Assembly: GCF_044704955.1 (NCBI RefSeq)
Contig: NC_091991.1
Location: 17,856,001-17,920,000, forward strand
Length of the DNA: 64,000 nt
Reading direction: 5' to 3'
From: Pristiophorus japonicus
Taxonomy: Eukaryota
Within the stretch, counting starts at the first letter, position 1; each line of letters begins with the position of its first letter. The position numbers and the translations under genes are program-made. This document shows, one piece after another, positions 13,401 through 25,204 of the stretch. The notes under the pieces were generated by a model. That model saw nothing but the letters and a program-made list of their open reading frames with translations, ran no database searches and was not told the origin of the DNA.

Positions 13401-16248
13401 ACGACCGCAGCTCCGTGACGTTCTGTGGCCTGGGCGCGTACCTGATAGCGTCTGTCCTGGCGTCTGTGGGCCGAATGCCGTCCGCTGCTATCTTTCTCCC
13501 CAAAAACTCCACTTCTGTTGCCATGAAGACACATTTCAACCTCTTCAGCCGCAGTCCTACGCGATCCAGTTGCTGGAGGACCTCCTCCAGGTTTTGTAGG
13601 TGCTTGGCGGTGTCCCCACCCATAACCAATATGTCGTCCCGAAAGACCACCGTGTGTGGTACCGACTTGAGTAGGCTCTCCATGTTTCTCTGGAAGATCA
13701 CTGCAGCCGACCGAATTCCAAACGGGCATCTGTTGTAGATGAACAGTGCCTTGTGCGTGTTGATGCAGGTGAGGCCCTTCGAAGACTCCTCCAGCTTTTG
13801 CGTCATGTAGGCCGAAGTCAGGTCGAGCTTGGTGAACGTCATGCCTCCTGCAAGCGTCGCATATAGGTCGTCTGCCTTCGGTAATGGGTATTGGTCCTGT
13901 CGCGAGAAACGATTAATAGTTACTTTATAATCACCACAAATCCTGACCGTGCCATCACTTTTGAGTACTACAACAATCGGGCTGGCCCACTCGCTGAATT
14001 CCTCTGGGGAGATGATGCCCTCTGCCCTCGCGTTGCAGCCTGTCCAGCTCGATTTCTTCTTTCTCCCTCACCATGTGAGGTACCTTGTGGTGAATGGATC
14101 GTGCCTCTGGGATCAAGTGGATTCACACCTTCGCCCCGGAAAAGTTTCCAATGCCTGGCTCAAAAAGGGAATGAAATTTGTTTAGAACCTGAGTACATGA
14201 GGCCTCATCGACATGTGATAGTGCTGAGATGTCATTCCAGTTCCAGCGGATTTTGCCCAGCCAGCTCCTTCCAAGCACTGTGGGGCCATCGCCCGGGACA
14301 ATCCAGAATGGCAGTTCATGCATCGTGCCCTCATAGGTGACCTTGACGTGGCGCAGCCCAAGACAGTGATAAGCTCTTTGGTGTACGTTTTCAGTTTGGG
14401 GCTCAGGGCTGGTCTGAATGTCTTGTTGCACTACAGTCTCTCAAACATCTTTTTACTCATGATGGATTGGCTAGCACCAGTGTCCAGTTCCATGGCTACG
14501 GGTAAGCCATTCAATTTTACATTTAGCATTATAAGTGGACATTTCGTCAAAAACCTGTGCACCCCATGTACTTCAGCATCTGCCTCCTCTCTCTGAGGCT
14601 CGAAATTGCTTTGATCCACCATGGACTGATCTTCCTGTGCCACGTGGTGGTTATCAGGTTTTGCAGAGCTTGCAACTCGTTTGCAAGCTCGTTGGAGGTG
14701 TCCCATTGTTCCACAGCTCTTGCAAACATATCCTTTGATGTGGCATGAATAGGCTGAATGGAAGCCTCCACAACGCCAACAAGGTGTGAATTGCCTTGCA
14801 TTCATCCTTTGTTGGGGACTCTGAATCATCTGGGTTACCTGAGGCCTGCTGGCAGTTGCAGACTTGTGGGTTCTGCCCTGTACATTTCTACTCGCAAAAA
14901 CAGTTCCAGGTAATTTATGAACATTGCTGGCACTTGTGTGCTGAGAGATTTGTTTGGTGTTATCACTGGTGGACATAAACGCTTGTGCTATCGCAATGGC
15001 CTTACTGAGGGTTGGTATCTCTACAGTCAAAAGTTTTCATAGGATGGTCTCGTGGCCAATGCCCAGTACAAAAAAATCTCTGAGCATCTGCTCCAGGTAG
15101 CAATCCAACTCACATTGTCCTGCAAGTCGCCTTAGCTCGGCGACGTAACTCGCCACTTCTTGACCTTCAGATCGCTGGCACGTGTAGAACGGATACCTCA
15201 CCATCAACACGCTCTCCCTCCGGTTAAGATGCTCCCGAACCAGTGTACACAGCTCCTCATACGACTTATCTGTGGGTTTCACCGGAGCCAGAAGATTCTT
15301 CATGAGGCTGTAGGTCGGTGCCCGACAGACTGTGAGGAGGACCGCTCTCCTTTTTGCAGTGCTTCCTTCTCCGTCCAGCTCATTGGCTACAAAGTATTGG
15401 TCTGGCCATTCGACATAGGCTTCCCAGTCCTCAACCTCCGAGATGCCCACTGTTTGCTGTATCTTTGCGTTGGATTTGTATACTCATCGCCAGTTATTGT
15501 GTTCCTAACACAGATGAGGCTGCACACAGGGAGGTTAAAGTAACAGTGACCTCAGTCTTTAATAAGACACTCCAGAGTGAGGAACAGGCCTTTGGGTCCG
15601 GCTTATATACAGTGCTCCCTAGGGATGCTGGGATCCCTTGGGACTTCAGGGGATGAGCTCCCTGGTGGCGAAACATGGGAGTGCATGCTTTACAGATACA
15701 CAACAGTACCTGCATACTAACTTTACGTGTTTCATGCATAAGGACCCCCAGGTCCCTTTGTACTGTAATTTTTCTCCATTTAAGTAATAATTAGCTTTTT
15801 TATTTTTTTCTGCCAAAGTGGATAACCTCACATTTTCCCACATTATACTCCATCTGCCAAATTTTTTCCCACTCACTTAGCCTGCCTATATCCCTTTGCA
15901 GATTTTTGTGTCCTCCTCATAACTTGCTTTCTCACCCACCTTTGTATCATCAGCAAACTTGGCTACATTACACTCGGTCTTTTCATCCAAGTCATTAATA
16001 TAGATTGTAAATAGTTGAGGCCCCAGCAGCGATCCCGGCAGCAGCCCACTAGTCACTGGTTGCCAACCGGAAAATTACGCATTTATCCCAACTCTTTGTT
16101 TTCTGTTAATTAGCCAATCCTCTATCCATGCTAATATATTACCCCTAACCCTGTGAACTTTCATCTTGTGTAGTATCCTTTTATGTGAAACCTTATCGAA
16201 TGCCTTCTGGAAATCCAAATACACCACATCCACTGGTTCCCCCTTATC
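10473..16248 (-). mobile_element. CR1 LINE (5'-truncated) split by Gypsy element 1
   Basis: Tail at 10473. RT region at 15711-16248 (antisense of [13 protein letters not shown]). TSD CAGTCATT at 10465-10472 and 16249-16256. Confidence 0.93.
11141..15705 (-). mobile_element. Gypsy (Mag-like) LTR retrotransposon 1, full length, decayed gag-pol
   Basis: LTRs at 11141-11348 and 15495-15705 (about 9 substitutions). TSD GTACC. PBS TGGCGATGAG and a G-rich PPT. Gag Cys/His knuckles (CWRCGGFH, CKSCGTMGH), protease LDTGA, RT VFRDDILV, RNase H ACDAS/ETDHKPL, integrase HVDYA/SDNG/SNGQAER. Confidence 0.97.
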
Positions 16249-17299
16249 CAGTCATTGCAGATGCACAGCGATCTGCTGGGTGTTTTGTCAAGGGTGCTTG
16301 AGAGTGTCGATGCAGTTGTTTTGAGTGTGGTGGAGGCTGCCTCAAGAACTGTATTTGTGTCTCAGCAGCCATTGAGCTCATCTTTAGTTGATGCCAACGG
16401 ATGTTGGATGCTTCAAGTGGCCCAGGCATGGTGGCATGCACTATGGCTGACGTGGCAGTAGCCATTGAGCAACAGGCCGACGCTATGATAGGCCTGCAAA
16501 CTGTCATGTTGTCAGTGCATGGTGGCATCAATCAGCTCTGAGGTGTCCTGCAGTCACAGTCTGCCCTGATGCAGAACCAACTGACCGCTGCCATCGTGTC
16601 TGGGCCCCATCAGTTGGACGGGGAACTAACATTGGCGAAACACGACAGCAATCTGTGCTCAGCCATATCGCTCCAGATGCTGAGGCTCTGCCCCGGGGGA
16701 GTAGCAGTGTGTCAGGTCTGTTGGAACGTGATTGCCCTCTCTCAGGACGACGTCACGCCACCCTTGCCCCTGCAGCTCTCTGCAATGCATCCAACACAGA
16801 GTGCTGCCGCCCATGTTGAGGTGATGTAGTCCACAGCTGGCCTTTCCAGGACCCGAGCTGGTGTGGAACATCCTGGTAGACCATCAACTGTGGCAGCGGC
16901 GCCAACACAGCGACCTTCGAACAGCCTTTCTGCAGACACTGAGACCCCATTGAGGAGGAGCAATAGGCCTGGGAGGGGGAGAAAGGAAGGGGTGGGAAAG
17001 CATTGAGAAAGAGCCGGTAAATATGTGTGTGTGTTAGTAGCCAGACCTGGTCACCTTGCTCCAATGTGAACTATTGTAAATAATTGCATTTGGATGAGCC
17101 AATAAAGAATTGTGTGATGCTGACCAGAGATGGTGTCCTTGTTCCATGGTAAAGTAATGTGAATAGTTGCACACGGATGTGGGTGATAATGTTCCAAGGG
17201 GACTGGTTTCAATTATTGTTTGCTGTGGATGATGGCATCTTTTATTGCTGCTTTACAACACACTGTGATGCTTTCTGTAAATAAAAATTTGTTTCAGTT

Positions 17300-17816
17300 G
17301 TCACAATGTTGTGTTGCCATTTATATGCATGGAGGCTTGGAGGGTGGGGCATGATGTCTTCAGCGGATGGCCAGGTGAAAAAGCTGGCCAGCTGAGGTCT
17401 GCAATGCCAGATGCATACAATCAATGGCCCCCTCAACCACTATCCGCTATACTGGCGAAACCACGGGAGCACTCATCTCGGTGTTCCCTGGACATGCTGA
17501 AATTGACGTAGTCCATTCGTTTGTTGTCGAGAGTGTTGGTCACCTGGCGAATGCAGCAATGTACCGCAAACTGCGAGATGTTGCATATATCGCCTACAGG
17601 AGACTGAAAGGAGCCGGTAGCATAGAAGTTGAGGGCTGCTGTCACTTTCACTGCCATGGACAGCGAGGTCCTGGTGCCGATGTCAGCTGCCAGATATGTC
17701 TGCAGGAGGTGACAGAGCTCCGTCACCACCTCTTTGCGGAACTCAGCCTTCTCAGGCACTGCTCCTCGGACATCGCATGTTAATAATAATGCGCACGGGA
17801 AACCCAGCGACTTCAC
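17300..17816 (-). pseudogene. HARBI1-like Harbinger transposase remnant (inner element)
   Basis: FRKEVVTELCHLLQ...AVKVTAALNFYATGSFQSPVGDICNISQFAVHCCIRQVT. The DDE core is mostly deleted. Confidence 0.85.
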
Positions 17817-18493
17817 GGCCTTCTGCCCTCCAGTCTGGGGTCTGTCCTCTGGTGACCATCCGCATTTGCCCTAAGCTGTCTCTGCAGCCAGTGCCTTTGA
17901 AGTCATCACCGCAGGACAACATGTTGTCTCATCACTGCTCCCATAACTTTGCAGAGGTCACAGCGATATGCTAGTTCCAAATGTATCCGATGGTGAAGGC
18001 AACAATGTCTCCGAGATGCTAGTACTGAAACTTAGGAGTCAGTAGCTGCAGGATGCCAGCAGCTTCGAACTGTGCGAGCAGCCAACGTAGCACGGACCAC
18101 GAGCTCTCTGGGCCAGATACAACTCCCTGTAAATAACGCCCCGGATTGGTTTCCCTGCGCTGAGCATGCCAAAATGTTCAGGTGTCATCGCCTCCAGCCG
18201 CTAAGTGAGGCGGGCCAAAGTGAATTTGACGAGACCGGCACCAAGGAGGAGTTACACGGGTACTGACGTCATGATTTCCATGGCGGTAGTCGACTGGGCG
18301 GCAAATCTTTATGCCCTTGAAAAAGGACAACCGAATTTCCCATCAGGCAGCACCCACGCCTAACGCCGCCAGCCGGCCGTTCACGCTCCATTGCCGCCTC
18401 ACTCAGGTGGTATCAGCTGGCGGTAGCAACCGAATTTTGACCCCTGACACTCCACCTACTTTAGCGGATAGCTTAGAAGCGGGATCTGCACGT

Positions 18494-18755
18494 GTTTTTG
18501 TTATATTCGTTCACTGGATGTGGGCGGCGCTGGCAAGGCCAGCATTTATTGCCCATCCCTAATTGCCCTTGAGAAGGTGGTGGTGAGCCGCCTTCTTAAA
18601 TCGCTGCAGTCCGTGATACTTCTTTGTCGTGATTTGGTACAACTGAGTGGCTTGGCAGGCCATTTCAGAGGTCAGTTAAACCCATTGCTGTGGGCTTGGA
18701 GTCACATATCAGCCTGACCAGGTAAAGACAGCAGATTTCCTTTCCTAAAGGACAT
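18494..18755 (-). mobile_element. tRNA-type SINE, 3' part (same family as 59510-59807)
   Basis: Reverse complement of the GGAAATCTGC...GTGACTCCA...GGGCAATTAGGGATGGGCAATAAATGCTGGCC...CCCACATCC body and tail. Confidence 0.8.
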
Positions 18756-19143
18756 GGGAGGCATGAGTGGGCTGCAGCCAGGGCAGGGTCAAAGGGCAGC
18801 ACAGGTGCCAGCTCCCCAGGAGGTGAGATCACACATGAGTTCTGCTGCACAGGATTCAGATGAGGACTTTGCTGGGGTGGCCGACAGAAGAAGGCTGGTG
18901 GGTATGCACAATTAAATGCTTGGTGCGTTGGCAGGCCTGCCAGAAAGCCTGAGTGCAATGTCAAGGAGCATGGTGGAGTCCGGGATCAAACTTGCACAGA
19001 GTTTTGCGCAGAGCTTGGAGCCCGTCCTTTCCAGCATGGAAGTGATGGGCAATTCCATCAGAGCACTTGTGGACCCAACCATGATGCAGCGTCTGTTGGC
19101 CGATGTCTCAGCGTCCATTGCTGCACAAGTAGAAGCCACCCAA

Positions 19144-20137
19144 CATAAGAACATAAGAAATAGGAGCAGGAATAGGCCATGCGGCCCCTCGAGCCTGCTC
19201 CGCCCTTCAATAAGATCATGGCTGATCTAATCATGGACTCAGCTCCACTTCCCTGCCTGCTCTCCATAACCCTTTATCCCCTTATCATTTAAGAAACTGT
19301 CAACTTCTGTCTTAAATTTATTCAATGTCCCAGCTTCCACAGCTCTCTGAGGCAGCTAATTCCACAGATTTACAACTCTCTGAGGGAAGAAATTTCTCCT
19401 CATCTCAGTTTTAAATGGGCGGCCTCTTATTCTAAGATTATGCCCTCTAGTTCTAGTCTCTCCCATCAGTGGAAACATCCTCTCTGCATCCATCTCGTCA
19501 AGCCCCCTCATAATCATATACGTTTCGATAAGATCACCTCTCATTCTTCTGAATCCCAATAAGTAGAGGCCCAACCTACTCAACCTTTCCTCATAAATCA
19601 ACCCCCTCATCTCCAGAATCAACCTAGTGAACCTTCTCTGAACTGCCTCCAAAGCAAGTATATCCTTTCGTAAATATGGAAACCAAAACTGCACGCAGTA
19701 TTCCAGGTGTGACCTCACCAATACCTTGTATAGCTATAGCAAGACTTCCCTGCTTTTATACTCCATCCTCTTTGCAATAAAGGCCAAGATTCCATTGGCC
19801 TTCCTGATCACTTGCTGTACCTGCATACTATCCTTTTATGTTTCATGCACAAGTACCCCCAGGTCCCGCTGTACTGCAGCACTTTGCAATCTTTCTCCAT
19901 TTAAATAATAACTTGCTCTTTGATTTTTTTTCTGCCAAAGTGCATGACCTCACACTTTCCAACATTATACTCCATCTGCAAAATTTTTGCCCACTCACTT
20001 AGCCTGTCTATGTCTTTTTGCAGATTTTTTGTGTCCTCCTCACACATTGCTTTTCCTCCCATCTTTGTATCATCAGCAAACTTGGCTACTTTACACTCAG
20101 TCCCTTCTTCTAAGTCATTAATATAGATTGTAAATAG
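19144..20137 (-). mobile_element. CR1 LINE 3' fragment
   Basis: ORF 19356-19721 HLEYCVQFWFPYLRKDILALEAVQRRFTRL and an 8-bp repeat tail. Confidence 0.95.
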
Positions 20138-20819
20138 AATCTAGGTGCTGCAGTGGAAGCTCAGACTTCTGTCATGTAAGCGCCGCTTGCTACCACGCAA
20201 GCTCAAACTGCTGCCATTGTGAATGCGGTTGCCAGTGTTGAAAGGAACTTGCAAGTGTCACAGCCGTCTAGCAACCTGTCATCCAACAATTTACTAGGAC
20301 TGCCGAGGCACCATCCTGGAGGAGTGGCATTGGCTCCATGGGACACGAACCTGCTGTCTTCTCTCAGGATGACAGCATCTATTCTCCCACCACTGCCACT
20401 CCGCTAGTGCCCTTGCTTTTGCCTGTCCGCTTGCCAGCCCTGACCACTGCCACCCATGCCGAGATAGTGCAGTCTGAAGCCGGGCCTTCTAGGCCCAGAG
20501 CTGCTCGAGGTCGTCCTCCAAGGCCATCTGCAGCCTCCCCCACTGAAAGTCAGCAGCCTTCCACTAGTCATGCTGCAGCCACTGGGGTTGCATTATGTAG
20601 ATTCACTAGGCAGGCAAAGGCACACAGAAGACAGCGACTAAGGCAGTGTACAAGGGTGATTAGTCCACTTTGGCATGTAATATTGGATGCTTCGATTTAT
20701 AAATTTGGTTTGGAATGCTTGTTTTATGGTGGTATTTATTGTAGATTTGTGGCCAAGAGGACACTGTGATTGTGAGTATGAAGGAAAGGTAAGGTGTGAG
20801 AGTGTTGGTGAATGGGGAA

Positions 20820-22361
20820 TTGGGAATGTATTCACTGGTACCACAGTCGGAGGAATTGATCATGGCAGCCCGGCCAGAAAGGGGCTCTGTTGGTTGCATC
20901 CTCCTCTTCCTCCTCCTCGGCTCTTTGCCATATACCTGGTGGCAAGGGTTGTGCCCTCATGGTGGCGAGGTTGTGCAGCATGCAGCAGACCACAACGAAT
21001 CTTGAGACGCATCCTGGCAAATACTGAAGGGCTCCTCCAGAGCCGTCCGTGCAGTGAAAGCATTATTTAAGCATGCCAATGGTCTGTTCAATCACATTCC
21101 GTGTGGCAGCATGACTTTCGTTGTATGTGTGCTGCCCACGTGTACTTGGGTTACACACTGCAGTCATGAGCCAGGTAGTCAGCAGATAGTCTTGTTGCCC
21201 AGTAGCCATCCATTGGTTTGTCATGGTGGCTCAAATGCAGATGGGACAGCAGACTGCTGCAGAATGAGGGCCAGGATACCAAGCATTGACCTGCATGATG
21301 CGTTGTGTATGGCAGCACACATGATATGCTCCTTTTACGGCCCCGACCTGCCGCTGATGTTCCCACACAGGTCGGGGCTGCCACGCTGCTCCCAGGCCAG
21401 CGCTCGCTGCTCCTTTTAAGGTTGCTGCAATGTGTGCGCGCACTAGGTCCATGCAGCAGAGCTGGTCTCCAGTCATCTTGGTTAACCCTTGCCACTGGAC
21501 CAAGACCTAGCTCTGACAAGCCCATGTGGTGGCTGGTGTGCAACGGCCACCCCACACTAAATAAATCCACGCACAGGCATCTTCCACCCTTCAGCATGCA
21601 GTTCGGGATCTGGAATATTAGGTCCTTTATTGAAACACCTGTGAACTCATTTAACTCATCCCTTTTTGACGTGGAAGCAAGTCATCCTCGATTCGAGGGA
21701 TGACCTAAGAAGAAGACGAAGGTAGCACACGAAGCTGGACATTGAGCAAGTGGAATTCCCTCCGGTTGCAGTCCATCTGTGAATTCATATGCAGCACCAG
21801 CAAAGCAATGTGTGTGCAGTCAATGGCACCCCTGCACCATGGGGAAGCCGCATGCGCCCTCTACTTGCTTCTCTCTGGCAAGGGAGAATGAAATGTATTC
21901 ACCTCTCTTTGCTTATAGAACTTCAATGACCTCCCTTATGCAACAGTGCACGGCAAACTGGGAGATGTTGGAAATATCGCCAGCTCCAGTCTGGAAGGAG
22001 CCCGACGCATAAAAATTGTTCGTCACGCTCAAATTCACAGCATTGGCGATGCCATCCTCACTCTGCTCTGCGGGCTGCAGTTCTGCAGGGTTCGGGTTCG
22101 GGTTAGCAGATGGCAGATTTCAGTGAGCATCTCCTGAGTGATGAGGAGACGTCACATACACTGTTCCTCGCTGATATTGAGGTTGGAAAATTGTTCCATG
22201 AAGACCCAGTGTGGATGTGGCCTCCTGCTGAGAGCCCTTTTTCCTCTCCTCTGCCTCTCTCTTCGAGCAGCTTGTCCTCCTCGGTGACTCCTCTGCTCAT
22301 TCGCCCTGTCATGCTTCAGGCGAAGGGGGATACAAACTACTGCTCCCATGTTTTGGAGCAA
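20820..22361 (-). pseudogene. HARBI1-like Harbinger transposase of the outer element
   Basis: MGAVVCIPL...RRALSRRPHP, SGSFQTGAGDISNISQFAVHCCIREV, GFPMVQGCH, RIMQVNAWYPG, IEQTIGMLK, VSRFVVVCCMLHNLA. Frameshifted and split by a SINE. Confidence 0.9.
21321..21720 (+). mobile_element. RTE-tailed SINE-like element, copy 1 (apparent 5' inversion)
   Basis: Body is shared with 24181-24455. The 3' end GTGGAAGCAAGTCATCCTCGATTCGAGGGA matches the RTE tail, followed by (GAA)n. TSD GGCAGCACAC / GGTAGCACAC at 21311-21320 and 21721-21730. Confidence 0.85.
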
Positions 22362-23940
22362 CTGATCTGAGCCAGAAGCCTTGAAGTAACCTGCCCCATT
22401 GCAGAGTTCAGCAACTTCAAATACGACAATAAACCACCAAACACTTGTACAAACTCACTGAGAACCAGTCGGAATCAGTCAACAACTAACTGAAGGCAGT
22501 TGATGACCTTTTAAATCGCACTGGTGGGGGTTCTTCTTGCTGCTGAGCGCGTGTTCAGCTGTGCATGTTTAAGACACGACATTAACTGGGGCGTTGAGGT
22601 CGAAAGTGGTGGTACTGGCTTCAAATCAGTGCTACACGCTGACTGATATCACGATCTGCATACTTCCAGTGCATGCTCCTGGTGGCCCGCACTAACGACC
22701 TCACCAAAATAGTGTGTGCGCGCGATGCGGATGGCATTTGGACTCAAAACGGCACCTGTAGCTCTGAAAAACCGGGCACCACGAAGCCAAATTGTGAGTC
22801 CAGATTGTTTTGCATGGCTTGCGCTACTTTGCTTCATTAGCATAATCTTGCAAATATTAAATTGCTACTTTGCAAACTAGCAAGACCTATTTGATGCTGC
22901 ACAGTATCAGATATCCTGCTGTTGTCATTGGTGGCACCAATTTCTTTGGATATTGAAAGGCAAAGATTAAGACTAAATTATGTCATCATTAAAGTTATTC
23001 AGGCTTAACAGTTCACTAGGATTTAATCGTTTCCAACAACTAATGTATACATAAATTATTTCTTAAGGGTTAATAAAAAAGAGGCAGCCAGTTTTATTTT
23101 AGTTTTAAATTAACCAAGCCGTGAAGAGCAAACTAATTAAATATAAAATGTTGAATTTCTCTTCAGAGCATTATTTGAATTAATAATTCGAACAGGAATA
23201 CAGACAACTTGATAGAAATCCCATTATCACATGGTTTTTCAAATTAGTTCCTCATGGCTGCCTCCCAGTACCAAGCAGTTTCCTTTTGCAAGGTGGCCTG
23301 GAGGGCATTAGCTCTTGTTCGCCTTGTGCATTGTGAATAAGATGCTGTGGTGGACTAACAGGAGGTGCAGTCCTGTGGAGTGGGAAACTGCCCTGACAGT
23401 TTTTCTTGCTCTTTCCTTGAGATGAGCAGAGATGATAGCTTTTTCAAAACTGCCAAGTGCAAATTCTTTCCAGAAAGCTCAAGTATCTACAATACGTTGC
23501 CAGAAGTTTTGAATGCAACTATATTTGACCACACAAGCTTTTTACTTCTGTCAAATGTTTCAAATTTATAACATTCTTAATGAGATAACAGCCATGAGAT
23601 ACAATTTTCACAGAGTTATTTCTGTTCCTCAGTTCATTTGCCTTTTTTAATCTGTTAAAAGCATTTTTGTTTTAAATTTATATCCAAACAAATATACTTG
23701 GCACCCATTGCATGGGATAAAACATTAATACTACAGTTAGACTCAATGTCATATCACAGACTTACATCACAACAGTAATTGCACTTCAAAAGTAATTTAT
23801 TGTACAAATATGTTGAGGGAGTTTGATGTGGTACGACACTTTGTAAATGCATGTATTTATTTCTTTGGACATACCATCTGCAGGACAAAGTTCAAATCCA
23901 GTAAGTCATTGATTGTTACTACATTATTCCTATTATAGGG

Positions 23941-24455
23941 CAGGCCGGGGAGCGGAAGGAGCAGTGTGGCGGCGTACCACTCCAGGGAGCAGCACGTGCT
24001 GGAGCAGGAGAGCAACGGCAGTGAAAAGGGACGTCACCAAAATCCAGGTTGGTGATTGGAGCGTGGGCAGGTACAGCAGGAGTGGCGAGGTCAGGGTGAA
24101 GGGGCGGCGAGAGAATGTAGAGGGACGTGATCGGGGCCCAGGAGAGGCGAGGGCCCAGGGGCAGCACGGGCCAGCCCACACTGCGATATGTGCGCGCACT
24201 AGGCCCGTGCAGCAGAACTGGTCTCCAGTCGTCTTGGTTAATCCTTGCCACTGGACCAAGACCTAGCTCTGTCAAGCCCGTGTGGTGGCTGGTGTGCAAT
24301 GGCCACCACACGTTAACAAAATCCACGCACAGGCATCTTCCACCCTTCAACATGCAGTTCGGGATCTGGAATTTTAGGTCCTTCATTGAAATACCTGTGA
24401 ACTTTTTATCGTGGAAGCAAGTCATCCTTGATTCGAGGGACTGCCTATGATGATG
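23941..24455 (+). mobile_element. RTE-tailed SINE-like element, copy 2
   Basis: TSD ATTATAGGG at 23932-23940 and 24456-24464. Ends GAGGGACTGCCTATGATGATG, like the RTE at 57486. Confidence 0.87.
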
Positions 24456-25204
24456 ATTATAGGGATAGAAATTGATCAGCCTACTGACGGGTTTTTCGGT
24501 GGTATTTCGTCGTTTTGGGCTGAAAACGGATTAGTGGGAAATTCATTGCAGTCTTCCGCCGGCAGTTTTGAAATATCTCTGAGGAGCGGACCGCCGACAT
24601 GTAACGAGTTTGGTGGGAGCAGTGATCCGTAATTCTTCAAAACAAAAACGCCCAGTTGGATCAGCTTGTCGATGGACGGTCGGTATGAAACCCTGCAAAA
24701 AAAGATCAGTGAACGTTTTTTTTTTAATTCTTTTGCAGCGATTCAGTGGAAAAGGATCCTCTGAATGTTTTCCGATGTTTTATGGCAGAGCCCGATTGAC
24801 ATTTTGAATCTGTTTCCTGCCCAACAGCCAGCCAGATGGAGAGACTGGCACTAGGCTGCAGAGAGGATGGAGCGAGGGTCCAAAGGCTGGGGATCTTCGG
24901 AGGGGTCGGTGGCTGGAGGATCTTTGCAGGGGGGTGGGGGCTACAGATCTTCGGAGGGGTCAAGGGCGGCAGACTGTCGGCGGGGTCAAGGGCTGGAGGT
25001 TGCAGGAGGGGTCAGGAGCTGTAGATTGGAGGCCAGAGGGGATTGGAGATTGGACAGGGGGCTTGGAAGGCCAAAGGTGGGGGGTTTGTGGTTGAGGGTC
25101 GGGGGCCAGGGGCTGCGGATCAAAAGGCCGGAGGTGGGGGTTGGGGGCCAGGGACCAGGGGTTGGAAGGGCGAAGTGTGTATCGGGGCCAGTGGCTGGGG
25201 GTTG

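Larger units (their letters stand above)
9219..17020 (+). pseudogene. Spliced Myb/SANT-like gene of the inner Harbinger, split by CR1 and Gypsy
   Basis: FSAAALNALLDALERRR...LWREISDQLSA...RATIQCRQKWNEMMRLVR is a trihelix/SANT pattern. Acceptors at ttacag|GACAAG (9838) and tttcag|ATGAAG (10153). Resumes at 16257. Confidence 0.75.
8882..18444. mobile_element. Inner bipartite PIF/Harbinger transposon
   Basis: TIRs GGGGTCGAAATTC / GAATTTTGACCCC (12 of 13 match). 3-bp TSD TGA at 8879-8881 and 18445-18447. Removing it restores the frame ATSSDTDTPPTL of the outer Myb gene. Confidence 0.9.
7962..20640 (+). pseudogene. Spliced Myb/SANT-like DNA-binding gene of the outer Harbinger
   Basis: Exon 1 reads EQAPRSSDAALEPWVQEMDRRREVL...WMQCRQKSNDLT*VVK|gtcagt (8189). 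Acceptors at cag|GACAAG (8472) and ttcag|ATAGC (8764). Later parts are DTPPTLADSLEAGSAR, MLGALAGLPESLSAMSRSMVES and EAGPSRPRAARGRPPRPS. Confidence 0.75.
7691..22801. mobile_element. Outer bipartite PIF/Harbinger transposon (Myb/SANT gene +, transposase -) carrying nested insertions
   Basis: Left end GGCCTAGAAATTG. Myb/SANT pseudo-ORF starts at 7962, resumes at 18448 after the inner element and ends near 20640. HARBI1-like gene at 20820-22361 on minus. The right end is approximate and no TSD is readable. Confidence 0.75.

Noticed and set aside
23250-23571. Possible exon (ORF 23365-23571)
   Set aside because: No convincing splice-site pair, stops in the neighbouring frames, and no recognisable protein.
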